This document shows, one piece after another, positions 49,168 to 57,532 of a stretch of 64,000 nucleotides of DNA (position 1 is the stretch's first letter; each line of letters begins with the position of its first letter). Below the pieces are notes generated by a model. The model ran no database searches. It worked only from the letters and a program-made list of their open reading frames with translations, and was not told where the DNA came from. A program made the position numbers and the translations under genes. The stretch is from Clostridia bacterium (GTDB taxonomy: Bacteria > Bacillota > Clostridia > Christensenellales > UBA1242): the NCBI GenBank assembly GCA_017453125.1, contig JAFTKS010000012.1:117238-181237 (forward strand). Direction: 5' to 3'.

Positions 49168-49871
49168 TGTATTTTAATTATTATATGATGGGAATTATTG
49201 TTCTTCCCGGTATATTGCTGGCAATATACGCTCAATCAAAAGTGAATTTAACCTTTCACAAATATAGCAATATAGGATCGCATTTTGGTAAAACAGCTAG
49301 CGAAATTGCAAGATTATTTCTTGACCAAGCGGGCTTATATCATATTCAAGTTGTTAGAACAAGAGGCAGTTTGACCGACCATTATAATCATAGAAAAAAT
49401 ATAATTGCACTTAGCGAAGATGTCTATGATAGCACATCGATTTCTGCAATTGGCGTTGCTTGCCATGAGGTTGGCCACGCCCTTCAATACAAATCAAACT
49501 ATATTCCAATTAAATTTAGAAATGTTATTATTCCTGTATGTAATTTTGCAAACAATTTATTATGGATAACAATTGTCCTAGGAGTACTTTTCTACTATAC
49601 AAATTTAGGAAATATATTTTTATGGATTGGAATATCTGTATTTGTTCTATCGGTTCTTTTGAACCTTGTTACCCTACCCGTTGAATACAACGCTAGTAGA
49701 AGAGCAGTAATCCTACTTTCAAAAAGTGAAATATTCAACCCAGAAGAAATTTCTGCTACAAAAGAAGTCTTGAATTCCGCTGCCCTTACCTATGTTGCAA
49801 GTTTCATTATTTCAGTATTAAACCTACTTAGACTTTTGATAGTTTTATTTGGAAACAGAAGAAATGATTAA
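49167..49871 (+). CDS. membrane zinc metallopeptidase, copy 2 (tandem paralog)
   Basis: HEVGHALQ, VEYNASRRA. Same architecture as copy 1; its start overlaps the copy 1 stop. Confidence 0.75.
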   Translation: MYFNYYMMGIIVLPGILLAIYAQSKVNLTFHKYSNIGSHFGKTASEIARLFLDQAGLYHIQVVRTRGSLTDHYNHRKNIIALSEDVYDSTSISAIGVACHEVGHALQYKSNYIPIKFRNVIIPVCNFANNLLWITIVLGVLFYYTNLGNIFLWIGISVFVLSVLLNLVTLPVEYNASRRAVILLSKSEIFNPEEISATKEVLNSAALTYVASFIISVLNLLRLLIVLFGNRRND

Positions 49872-49910
49872 AAAAATTATAAGGCAAAATATTCTGCCTT
49901 ATAATTTTTT
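49870..49910. terminator. bidirectional terminator
   Basis: AATTATAAGGCA-loop-TGCCTTATAATT stem flanked by A and T runs, between convergent genes. Confidence 0.75.
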
Positions 49911-50229
49911 AAGGTTCTATATTTGTTATACAAACACCCGCATTCTTTCCATTCATAACACTTATCCCATTTGCCTTGCAAAGTCCATCTTTATTAAACA
50001 AACACTCTGCACCACACTCTATCGACATACTTCTATTATGTCTAAACGGGTGAATATCTGGTGCAGTTTCAAACATATCTCTGCTAATATCCTGTCTTTG
50101 CTCCTCAACTATTTTATTAGACTTTTCAAAAGTAGCACATTCACAATTTCTAGCTACCTTTATCCCCTTACTAATACAAGCACATCTATCATTATACTTA
50201 CAATCCATTTTTTTGCATTTCAAATCCAT
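49909..50229 (-). CDS. DUF1540-like Cys-rich protein
   Basis: Start moved to ATG 50229 (AGAGGTGA RBS). Duplicated C..C....C.C pattern MDLKCKKMDCKYNDRCACIS and IECGAECLFNKDGLCKA. Confidence 0.6.
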   Translation of the reverse strand: MDLKCKKMDCKYNDRCACISKGIKVARNCECATFEKSNKIVEEQRQDISRDMFETAPDIHPFRHNRSMSIECGAECLFNKDGLCKANGISVMNGKNAGVCITNIEP

Positions 50230-50312
50230 ATTATTCACCTCTATAATATTTTTGTACAATTTACAATCAAAATATTCATACTTAATCGATTATAATTACA
50301 ATAACTAAATAG

Positions 50313-50341
50313 TTGACAAAATAAATATAAAATCTTAAAAT
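50313..50341 (+). promoter_or_regulatory. sigma-A promoter for rplI
   Basis: TTGACA (50313-50318), 17 nt, TAAAAT (50336-50341). Confidence 0.6.
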
Positions 50342-50367
50342 ATAGAAAAAATAAAGGGAGCATACAT

Positions 50368-50808
50368 ATGAAAGTAGTTTTACTCAAAGACCTCAAAGGC
50401 AAAGGAAAGAAAGGAGATATAATCAACATTTCAGATGGTTATGCACTCAACTTTCTAATACCTCAGGGAATCGCAAAGGCTGGAACTTCTTCAAATCTTA
50501 ATGAAGCTAATCAAGCCAAAGAAGCCAAGGCTTATCACGATGAGCAGACACGCCTTCAAGCAGTAGATATGAAAGGCAAAATTGAAAACATTCAACTAAA
50601 GCTTAAAGTCAAATGTGGAGCAACAGGCAAAGTATTTGGTTCAATTACAAATAAAGAAATATCTGATGAATTAACCAAACAAGGATTAAATATTGACAAG
50701 AAAAAAATTGAAACATCTGTAATAAAGACCACAGGAAACTTTGACATAAAAGTTAGGCTTCACCCTACAGTTGTTGCAAACCTAAAAGTTGAAATCATAG
50801 CAGAATAA
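50368..50808 (+). CDS. rplI: 50S ribosomal protein L9
   Basis: [36 protein letters not shown]... Confidence 0.95.
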   Translation: MKVVLLKDLKGKGKKGDIINISDGYALNFLIPQGIAKAGTSSNLNEANQAKEAKAYHDEQTRLQAVDMKGKIENIQLKLKVKCGATGKVFGSITNKEISDELTKQGLNIDKKKIETSVIKTTGNFDIKVRLHPTVVANLKVEIIAE

Positions 50809-50832
50809 GAATCTTTTCTAAGATTCTTTTTT
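50807..50832 (+). terminator. intrinsic terminator after rplI
   Basis: AAGAATCTT-TTCT-AAGATTCTT stem plus TTTT. Confidence 0.7.
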
Positions 50833-50842
50833 CTTGTCAATC

Positions 50843-50878
50843 AAAAAAAATGAACCACTCAATATGGTTCATTTTTTT
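50843..50878. terminator. bidirectional terminator (ends rplJL on the minus strand)
   Basis: A run, TGAACCA...TGGTTCA stem, T run. Confidence 0.7.
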
Positions 50879-50899
50879 AACTAAATGGATAAACTCTAA

Positions 50900-51271
50900 T
50901 TACTTAAGTTCTACAGTAGCGCCAGCTTCTTTCAACTTAGCTTCGATTTCTTTTGCTTCTTCAGCAGGAACGTTTTCTTTTAGGTTCTTTGGAGCTCCAT
51001 CAACAAGAGCTTTTGCCTCACCAAGACCAAGACCAGTAAGTTCTTTAACAATCTTGATAACTGCAATTTTATTAGCACCAGCGTCTTTAAGAACTACTGT
51101 GAATTCGCTCTTCTCTTCAGCTGCAGCAGCAGGAGCACCAGCAGCGCCCATAACAGCAACAGGAGCAGCAGCACTAACACCAAATTCTTCCTCTAACATT
51201 TTTACTAGTTCACTTACTTCCATAACAGAAAGTTTCTTAATTTCTTCAACAAATGATTTTAAATCAGCCAT
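50900..51271 (-). CDS. rplL: 50S ribosomal protein L7/L12
   Basis: ...[29 protein letters not shown]...[19 protein letters not shown]... Confidence 0.96.
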   Translation of the reverse strand: MADLKSFVEEIKKLSVMEVSELVKMLEEEFGVSAAAPVAVMGAAGAPAAAAEEKSEFTVVLKDAGANKIAVIKIVKELTGLGLGEAKALVDGAPKNLKENVPAEEAKEIEAKLKEAGATVELK

Positions 51272-51306
51272 TTTAATTTCTCCTTAAATTTTTATTTTTA
51301 TTTATT

Positions 51307-51795
51307 TTAATTTTGCTTCTCAGCGATAGCATTTAATGCTCTAGCAAAAGCTGCAACTGGAGCATTAAGAGTTCCAAGCAACATAGCAACAAGAACATCT
51401 TTAGAAGGTATCTTAGACAATTCTTCAACTTGTGCTTGATTCATAATTTTGCCATTAACAATTCCGAACTTTACAGCCATTTTGTCAAGGTCTTTTGCGT
51501 GCTTGCAGAATACTCTAGCAGGAGCAACTTCATCTTCAGAATAAGCAATAGCAGTAGTACCTTCGAACATTTTTGGATCATAGTCAGTATAACCAAGATC
51601 GTTAAGTGCTCTAACAAGAAGTCTGTTCTTGAAAACTTTGTATTTTACATTGTTCTCTCTGAACTCTTTTCTCATTGAAGTATCTTCTGCAACTGTAATT
51701 CCACGATAATCTACGAAAATCATAGATTTAGCTTCTTTCAACTCAGCTTTGATATTCTCAACAAGTTCTTTCTTTAATTCTAAATTAGCGCTCAA
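51307..51795 (-). CDS. rplJ: 50S ribosomal protein L10
   Basis: The track ATG (51810) sits inside GGAGGA. TTG at 51795, 7 nt after GGAGGA, gives (M)SANLELKKELVENIK...IFVDYRGITVAE, colinear with Bacillus L10. Confidence 0.9.
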   Translation of the reverse strand: MSANLELKKELVENIKAELKEAKSMIFVDYRGITVAEDTSMRKEFRENNVKYKVFKNRLLVRALNDLGYTDYDPKMFEGTTAIAYSEDEVAPARVFCKHAKDLDKMAVKFGIVNGKIMNQAQVEELSKIPSKDVLVAMLLGTLNAPVAAFARALNAIAEKQN

Positions 51796-51957
51796 AATAT
51801 TGTCCTCCATTAGTTATTTGAAAACAAAACACCTTATGCCCTAATAGTAGCATAAGGTGACCAAATTCATAATCAACTAATTCACTACCTCGGCAAGTGC
51901 TTTCGCGTTATGACAAATGTCTCTTGCTGTCTTAGGTGCATCAATATTCTATTTTCG
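51796..51957 (-). promoter_or_regulatory. L10 (rplJ) leader with intrinsic attenuator
   Basis: Leader between the consensus promoter and rplJ. Minus strand has ...CCUAAGACAGCAAGAG...CGCGAAAGCACUUGCCGAGGUAG... and a CACCTTATGC/GCATAAGGTG hairpin (51830-51859) followed by TTTTGTTTT. Resembles the Firmicute L10 leader as I remember it. Confidence 0.6.
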
Positions 51958-51963
51958 TTTGTT

Positions 51964-51992
51964 ATTATATATTATTTAATCTGCTTTGTCAA
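51964..51992 (-). promoter_or_regulatory. consensus sigma-A promoter of rplJ-rplL
   Basis: Minus strand TTGACA (51992-51987), 17 nt, TATAAT (51969-51964). Confidence 0.7.
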
Positions 51993-52055
51993 TACTTTTT
52001 TGACATTTATTCTATCTTTTCTAATAACTTTATATACCAAATACAATTTCGTATT

Positions 52056-53630
52056 TTAGTTGTCGATTTCAACAAATTCATCATATGTAATTACTTTGTC
52101 AAATGCCTTCTTGTCTGTAATTTTGATAATTCTATTACATACAGTTTGCATAAGTTCTTGGTCGTGTGATGTAAGAAGAAGATTTCCTTTGTAATTTATA
52201 AGTCCTTTGTTTAGAGCAGTAATACTTTCAAGATCCAAGTGGTTTGTTGGTTCATCAAATATAAGCAAGTTTCCAGATGTTAACATCATCTTAGCAAGCA
52301 TACATCTAACCTTCTCCCCTCCACTTATAACTTTTGCCTTTTTCATTCCCTCTTCTCCCGAGAATAACATTCTTCCCAACCAAGAACGAACGAATGTTTG
52401 TTCCTTTTCTTTTGAGAATTGAGCAAGCCAATCTACAAGAGACAAATCACATCCATCAAAGAAAGAATTGAAGTTTTGAGGAAGATAAGAATATGTTATT
52501 GTTTTTCCCCACTTTATGCTACCTGTATAATCTTTATCTTCACCTGCAAGTATATTAAATAGTGCACTAAGAGTTGTCGTCTTATCACTTACAAAACCAA
52601 TCTTATCGCCTTTGTTTACAGTAAAAGAAACATTTTCAAAAACACCTTTTTTAGTTAAATTCTCAACAATTAAAATATCGTTACCCGCTTCTCTTTCCAT
52701 AGCAAAATTGATGTATGGATATTTTCTATTACTTGGCTTAATATCGTTAAGAGTAAGTTTTTCAAGTTCTTTCTTTCTGCTAGTTGCCTGTCTACTTTTA
52801 CTTGCATTAGCAGAGAACCTAGCAATAAACTCTTGCAATTCTTTTGCCCTAGCTTCCATCTTTTTATTCTCTTCTTTTTGTTGACGAAGAAGCAATTGGC
52901 TTGTCTCATACCAGAAATCGTAGTTTCCTAGATATATATTGATTTTACCATAGTCTACATCGCAAATATGAGTACAAACATTGTTTAAAAAGTGTCTATT
53001 GTGCGAAACTATTATAAGAATATTTTCAAAATTAATAAGATAATCCTCAAGCCATTTAACCGTTTTTATATCAAGGTTATTTGTAGGCTCGTCAAGTATC
53101 AAGATATCAGGATTTCCAAATAGCGCTTGAGCAAGAAGAACTTTTACCTTAATAGGCGCATCAAGAGTTCCCATCATTGCATAATGCAAAGATGGATCTA
53201 CACCAATTCCATTTAGAAGTGTACTAGCATCACTCTCTGCTTCCCAACCACCAAGTTCTGCAAATTCGCCCTCAAGTTCAGCTGCTCGCATTCCGTCTTC
53301 TTCTGTGAAATCAGGTTTAGCATACAACTCATCTTTTAATTTCATTATCTCTATAAGTCTTTTATGTCCTTGAAGAACCGTATCCATTACTGTGTAATCG
53401 TTAAAAGCTTCTTGGTTCTGATTAAGAACAGACATTCTCTCCCCTGGAGACACGACAACCTCGCCCTTTTGTGGTTGTAATGCGCCAGAAAGAACTTTTA
53501 GGAATGTAGACTTTCCTGCACCATTAGCACCAATTACACCATAGCAATTACCTTTTGTAAACTTCAAATTAACTTCATCAAATAATTTATTACTACCGAA
53601 TTGCACACAAACATTATTTACTTGAATCAT
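52056..53630 (-). CDS. ABC-F family ATPase, YbiT-like subfamily
   Basis: Start moved to ATG 53630 (AAAGGTGG RBS). Colinear by eye with E. coli YbiT (QFGSNKLF...GANGAGKSTF..., SRFSANASKSRQATSR linker). Two Walker A/B plus LSGGE cassettes, no TM. Confidence 0.88.
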   Translation of the reverse strand: MIQVNNVCVQFGSNKLFDEVNLKFTKGNCYGVIGANGAGKSTFLKVLSGALQPQKGEVVVSPGERMSVLNQNQEAFNDYTVMDTVLQGHKRLIEIMKLKDELYAKPDFTEEDGMRAAELEGEFAELGGWEAESDASTLLNGIGVDPSLHYAMMGTLDAPIKVKVLLAQALFGNPDILILDEPTNNLDIKTVKWLEDYLINFENILIIVSHNRHFLNNVCTHICDVDYGKINIYLGNYDFWYETSQLLLRQQKEENKKMEARAKELQEFIARFSANASKSRQATSRKKELEKLTLNDIKPSNRKYPYINFAMEREAGNDILIVENLTKKGVFENVSFTVNKGDKIGFVSDKTTTLSALFNILAGEDKDYTGSIKWGKTITYSYLPQNFNSFFDGCDLSLVDWLAQFSKEKEQTFVRSWLGRMLFSGEEGMKKAKVISGGEKVRCMLAKMMLTSGNLLIFDEPTNHLDLESITALNKGLINYKGNLLLTSHDQELMQTVCNRIIKITDKKAFDKVITYDEFVEIDN

Positions 53631-53691
53631 AAAAACCACCTTTACAAGAAAAAAACAATTCATTCAAGAAATTGTTCCTTTTATTATTTAT

Positions 53692-53720
53692 AGTTTACCG
53701 AAACAATGTAAAATTGTCAA
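53692..53720 (-). promoter_or_regulatory. promoter of the ABC-F gene
   Basis: Minus strand TTGACA (53720-53715), 17 nt, TAAACT (53697-53692). Confidence 0.5.
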
Positions 53721-53769
53721 GACAAAGCCCGATATATCGGATTTTTTATTAAATTAACTTAATACTTCA

Positions 53770-53798
53770 TTGATTATCATAAATTTTTGTGTTATACT
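53770..53798 (+). promoter_or_regulatory. extended -10 promoter of orphan paralog 1
   Basis: TTGATT, 17 nt (ending TGT), TATACT. Confidence 0.55.
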
Positions 53799-53901
53799 AA
53801 ATATAGAGTTTATGATTGCATTATTAATAATAAACATATATTTTTTAATTATGCAGTTACAACTTAAATTAAAATAAAAATAAATTAAGGAACAAAAATC
53901 A

Positions 53902-54438
53902 ATGAACCAAGCACAGAAAACAACACAAGAAAATAGAGATTTGGCACAAAGAATATATACTAAATTTCCATCTTTTAAAACAAACAAAGATGGTTTAGTA
54001 AACATTTACTCCTTTATCAATGCTATAGAAGAATTACGTCATAATACAGTTATGTATGTAGCAAAAAAGGAATTACACGATTGCTTAATAAAAGATTCTA
54101 AATTATATGACATATTATTAAACCTTCATAAACAATGGTCAGCAAACCATCATATCGATACAAAAATTAGCTTTGAACTGGGCCGACAATTGTATGATGA
54201 TCCTACAGAGGCAAAATTTGGAGATGAACATCATTTGGTTATAGACCAGACTAACCCTAAAGCACAACAATTTGAAAAAGAATTGACTCAAACTCTAAAT
54301 TTCGCAATTGACATTAATAAAAACCCAGAAATCGCTCAAATTGTAAAAAACTCAATTGAAAAAGAGTATCAAAGACAACGTCGCATTGAAGAGGCGGACA
54401 CTATTAGCGAAAATAGCAGATTTGGCGGTCAAAATTAA
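53902..54438 (+). CDS. orphan protein, paralog 1 of 3 (178 aa)
   Basis: No known motif. Shares NPKAQQFEKELTQTLNFAIDINKNPE with paralog 3 (DPMYAQYVNVLTKIEEFAIDPEVNN). Own promoter and terminator. Confidence 0.65.
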   Translation: MNQAQKTTQENRDLAQRIYTKFPSFKTNKDGLVNIYSFINAIEELRHNTVMYVAKKELHDCLIKDSKLYDILLNLHKQWSANHHIDTKISFELGRQLYDDPTEAKFGDEHHLVIDQTNPKAQQFEKELTQTLNFAIDINKNPEIAQIVKNSIEKEYQRQRRIEEADTISENSRFGGQN

Positions 54439-54445
54439 TAACACA

Positions 54446-54478
54446 AGAATATCTGAATTCCTCAGATATTCTTTTTTT
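54446..54478 (+). terminator. intrinsic terminator after paralog 1
   Basis: AGAATATCTGA-ATTCC-TCAGATATTCT stem plus TTTTTT. Confidence 0.75.
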
Positions 54479-54528
54479 GACTACAAAACCCCTAAACAAA
54501 GGCATAAAACAAAATTTTTAAATACCTA

Positions 54529-54557
54529 TTGAAATTTAAAGAAAAATATGTTATACT
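54529..54557 (+). promoter_or_regulatory. extended -10 promoter of orphan paralog 2
   Basis: TTGAAA, 17 nt (ending TGT), TATACT. Confidence 0.6.
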
Positions 54558-54583
54558 AAGCATATATTCAAAGGGGGATTGGT

Positions 54584-55261
54584 ATGAATATGAAAACACA
54601 AAAAGAGAAAAATTTAGAAATTATTAATGAATATAATAAAAATAGAAAACCAAATACATCTGTTTTTGCTAGAGTTCCAGATATTGTAAAATATGCTGAG
54701 AGACAAAATGCAGTATATTCACTGCTTGAAAATGGAAACCCTATTAATTTTGAAGATGTACATTTATTAAGTACAGAAGTTAAATACCCTACTAAAAAAG
54801 TTTACGATAAGAAAACAAACAAACTAATTATGCAACCTGTTGATCAATCAAAACTTTTAGGATTCCTTTCTTCTATTATTGAGACTAATACAACAGAAGG
54901 TTCTGCACCAGAATATGTTCTATATCCAGAGACACCTGTTTACAAACAATTAAATCAACTTCTACATGCATTTAAAGCAGAACCAGTAGTTCAAAGTTCT
55001 CGTTTTATGAAAGAAGACAAACTTGTTCACGCTGCTAGACTTGGAGATATCGCTGGTCAAGCAGACCCTACTCTTATTATGGTAGAATCAGGAAGTTCAG
55101 AGCACAAAATGCTAACTGCACTACTTGAAAAAACAATTTCAAGTTGTCCATCTATTAAGATTGACTATAAAAAAAGAGATACTTTGAATAATGAAGAAAA
55201 TACAAATGAAGAACTTGATGACAATTACGAAACAATTTTAGAAATTGTTAAAGGCCATTAA
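54584..55261 (+). CDS. orphan protein, paralog 2 of 3 (225 aa)
   Basis: VDQSKLLGFLSSIIETNTTEGS...YPETPVYKQLNQLLHAFKAEP aligns with paralog 3; RBS AAGGGGGA. Confidence 0.7.
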   Translation: MNMKTQKEKNLEIINEYNKNRKPNTSVFARVPDIVKYAERQNAVYSLLENGNPINFEDVHLLSTEVKYPTKKVYDKKTNKLIMQPVDQSKLLGFLSSIIETNTTEGSAPEYVLYPETPVYKQLNQLLHAFKAEPVVQSSRFMKEDKLVHAARLGDIAGQADPTLIMVESGSSEHKMLTALLEKTISSCPSIKIDYKKRDTLNNEENTNEELDDNYETILEIVKGH

Positions 55262-55268
55262 GATACAA

Positions 55269-55296
55269 AGTACATCAATTTTGATGTACTTTTTTA
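55269..55296 (+). terminator. intrinsic terminator after paralog 2
   Basis: AGTACATCAA-TT-TTGATGTACT stem plus TTTTT. Confidence 0.75.
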
Positions 55297-55486
55297 TTTT
55301 TATAACCGCAACTCTCTGTATAAATATTCATAATCTAAAATTACTTTGTCTACTTAACTTTAAACTATTTGAGTATTTAAACACAAAGAAATATTAATTT
55401 AAACAAATATAAAATGTATTTTCATAAAGTTTGCCACATAATGATACATTTTTTAGCAAAATATAGTAATTTTTTAATAACCCCTA

Positions 55487-55515
55487 TTGTAATTTAAATT
55501 TTAATATGATATAAT
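55487..55515 (+). promoter_or_regulatory. extended -10 promoter of orphan paralog 3
   Basis: TTGTAA, 17 nt (ending TGA), TATAAT. Confidence 0.6.
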
Positions 55516-55546
55516 ATAAATATTAAAAACAAAGGGGATTGGAAAA

Positions 55547-56158
55547 ATGAAAAATAATGTACAAAAATATTTAGAGAATAAAAACACTAAAGACAATGCA
55601 CTTTTTATGGGAGACCCAAACGATATTGCTAGAGCATCACTAGAAGACGCATATGCAAAACTAGCAGCAGGAAAGAAAATTAGTCGTACTCAAGTTCCTC
55701 AATTAAGAATTCCTGTAAAGCCAGACAATGTCTTTGTTCCAAAGACTACACTTAAAGGCGAAATTTATGGTTTTACTATCGACAAAGCAGCCTACTTGGA
55801 ATTTTTAACTCAAACACTAATTGCTACAGTAAACCCAGAAAGCAATTATTCACAAAGAGTATATAAAGGAACACAATTTTACAAAGAATGTATGACTCTT
55901 AAAAAGGCTTTAACTGAAGGTCCTGCATATCTTGAACCAAATGGAGAAGTTTTCGGAACTCATATTAGAACAAAAGGAGGATTTTCTAATGCTCCTATAG
56001 CATTATCAAAAGAAGATCCTATGTACGCTCAATATGTTAATGTTCTAACAAAGATTGAAGAGTTTGCAATTGATCCAGAAGTCAACAATATCACAAACCC
56101 ACAACAAGATTTTGCTGAAATGTACAAAGAAATTCTAGATGAAATGAGAACCAATTAA
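55547..56158 (+). CDS. orphan protein, paralog 3 of 3 (203 aa)
   Basis: IDKAAYLEFLTQTLIATVNPES...YKGTQFYKECMTLKKALTEGP; RBS AAGGGGA. Confidence 0.7.
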   Translation: MKNNVQKYLENKNTKDNALFMGDPNDIARASLEDAYAKLAAGKKISRTQVPQLRIPVKPDNVFVPKTTLKGEIYGFTIDKAAYLEFLTQTLIATVNPESNYSQRVYKGTQFYKECMTLKKALTEGPAYLEPNGEVFGTHIRTKGGFSNAPIALSKEDPMYAQYVNVLTKIEEFAIDPEVNNITNPQQDFAEMYKEILDEMRTN

Positions 56159-56164
56159 AAAGTA

Positions 56165-56192
56165 AAGACACATTTTACAATGTGTCTTTTTT
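56165..56192 (+). terminator. intrinsic terminator after paralog 3
   Basis: AAGACACATT-TTAC-AATGTGTCTT stem plus TTTT. Confidence 0.75.
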
Positions 56193-56228
56193 ATTTTTAT
56201 AACCCCAAGATTGTTTGTTTTTACAAAC

Positions 56229-56256
56229 AAAAAAACGACAATAAATGTCGTTTTTT
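56229..56256 (-). terminator. intrinsic terminator after rplA
   Basis: Minus strand ACGACA-TTTAT-TGTCGT stem followed by TTTTTTT. Confidence 0.65.
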
Positions 56257-56937
56257 TTAGTATTGAACTCTAATTCCAGGACCCATTGTGCTAGAAACAG
56301 AAACAGATTTGATATAAGTTCCTTTTGCAGCTGCTGGTTTAGCTTTGATCAAAGCTTCCATAACAGTTGTCAAGTTCTCATTTAATTTTTCAGCACCGAA
56401 AGAAACTTTACCGATCATAACGTGAACAATATTGTTCTTGTCAAGTCTGTACTCAACTTTACCAGCTTTAATTTCAGCAATTGCTTTTGCTAAATCTGTA
56501 GTAACAGTTCCGCTCTTTGGATTTGGCATAAGACCCTTTGGACCAAGAACCTTAGCAATTCTACCAATAACAGGCATCATATCTGGTGTTGTTACACAGA
56601 CATCGAATCCAAACCAGTTCTGAGACATAATCTTTGTAACCATATCTTCAGCACCTACGAAATCTGCTCCTGCTTTAGTTGCGATATCAGCATTATCACC
56701 TTTTGCGAATACCAAAATCTTCTTTGTTTTACCAGTTCCATGAGGAAGTACAACAACTCCTCTAACTTGTTGATCAGCGTTTCTTCCGTCAACGCCAAGT
56801 TTTACGTGAAGTTCAACTGTTTCGTCAAACTTTGCACTTGCAGTTTTTACTGCAAGATCTAGAGCTTCTGCAACAGAATATTGAGTAGACTTGTCTACCA
56901 ATTTTGCAGCCTCTGTGTATCTCTTACCTTTCTTCAT
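56257..56937 (-). CDS. rplA: 50S ribosomal protein L1
   Basis: [20 protein letters not shown]...[14 protein letters not shown]... Confidence 0.96.
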   Translation of the reverse strand: MKKGKRYTEAAKLVDKSTQYSVAEALDLAVKTASAKFDETVELHVKLGVDGRNADQQVRGVVVLPHGTGKTKKILVFAKGDNADIATKAGADFVGAEDMVTKIMSQNWFGFDVCVTTPDMMPVIGRIAKVLGPKGLMPNPKSGTVTTDLAKAIAEIKAGKVEYRLDKNNIVHVMIGKVSFGAEKLNENLTTVMEALIKAKPAAAKGTYIKSVSVSSTMGPGIRVQY

Positions 56938-56994
56938 AATTTTCTTCTCCTTGTGGTTTTAATGAATAAATTAAAAGATTTTTTATTCTCCCAC

Positions 56995-57423
56995 TTAATC
57001 AATAACTGTAACACCCATACTTCTGCAAGTACCCTCGATCATACTCATAGCTGTATCAAGGTTAGCTGCATTAAGGTCAGGCATTTTTAGTTCTGCAATT
57101 TCTTTAATTTGTGCTTTTGTAATTTTAGCAACTTTAGTCTTAATTGAATTTGCAGATCCACTCTCGATTCCACAAGCTTTCTTAATTAGAACAGCTGCTG
57201 GTGGAGTCTTAAGCACGAATGTAAATGATCTATCAGCATAGATAGTAACAACAACTGGAATAATAAGTCCTGCTTTGTCTGCAGTCTTCTCATTGAAGTC
57301 TTTTGTGAAAGATGGAATATTAATTCCATAAGGTCCCAACGAACTTCCTACTGGTGGAGCTGCTGTAGCCTTTCCTGCTGGTAATTGCAATTTTACAACT
57401 GCGGTAATCTTTTTCTCTGCCAT
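56995..57423 (-). CDS. rplK: 50S ribosomal protein L11
   Basis: Start moved to ATG 57423 (GGAGGA RBS): [26 protein letters not shown]... Confidence 0.96.
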   Translation of the reverse strand: MAEKKITAVVKLQLPAGKATAAPPVGSSLGPYGINIPSFTKDFNEKTADKAGLIIPVVVTIYADRSFTFVLKTPPAAVLIKKACGIESGSANSIKTKVAKITKAQIKEIAELKMPDLNAANLDTAMSMIEGTCRSMGVTVID

Positions 57424-57532
57424 TTTTATCCTCCTGCCAATCATTTGGCAATGTGGTCTAAGTGAAATGCATTACTATAGATTTACATTTCTCCCACTAT
57501 ATTTTAAATAGACAAGTCTATATAAAATCAAA

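Noticed and set aside
49849-50295. 148-aa plus-strand ORF overlapping the DUF1540-like gene
   Set aside because: It would have to read through the strong bidirectional terminator at 49870-49910. The minus-strand frame has an RBS and a duplicated Cys pattern, so that frame is preferred.
50850-51287. 145-aa plus-strand ORF (Ala/Ser-rich)
   Set aside because: It lies exactly antisense to rplL (unmistakable L7/L12). It is the typical shadow ORF of an Ala/Glu/Lys-rich gene.
53647-53676. Hairpin plus U-run in the ABC-F leader as an ARE-ABCF-style attenuator, and the in-frame upstream ATG at 53663
   Set aside because: The stem AACAATT/AATTGTT is 7 bp with a single G-C pair, too weak to call. The protein is YbiT-like rather than a resistance-type ABC-F. 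The homology-supported and RBS-supported start is ATG 53630.
53754-54005. 83-aa minus-strand ORF
   Set aside because: It overlaps the promoter, 5' UTR and start of orphan paralog 1. It is AT-rich and Phe/Ile/Asn-rich with no RBS.
57445-57532. Possible L1-binding autoregulatory site or promoter upstream of rplK (TATAG-TGGGAGAAATGTAAAT-CTATA and TGCCAA-ATGA-TTGGCA hairpins)
   Set aside because: I cannot verify resemblance to the 23S L1 stalk or to a known L1 leader by eye, and no convincing -35/-10 pair is present. I left it unannotated.
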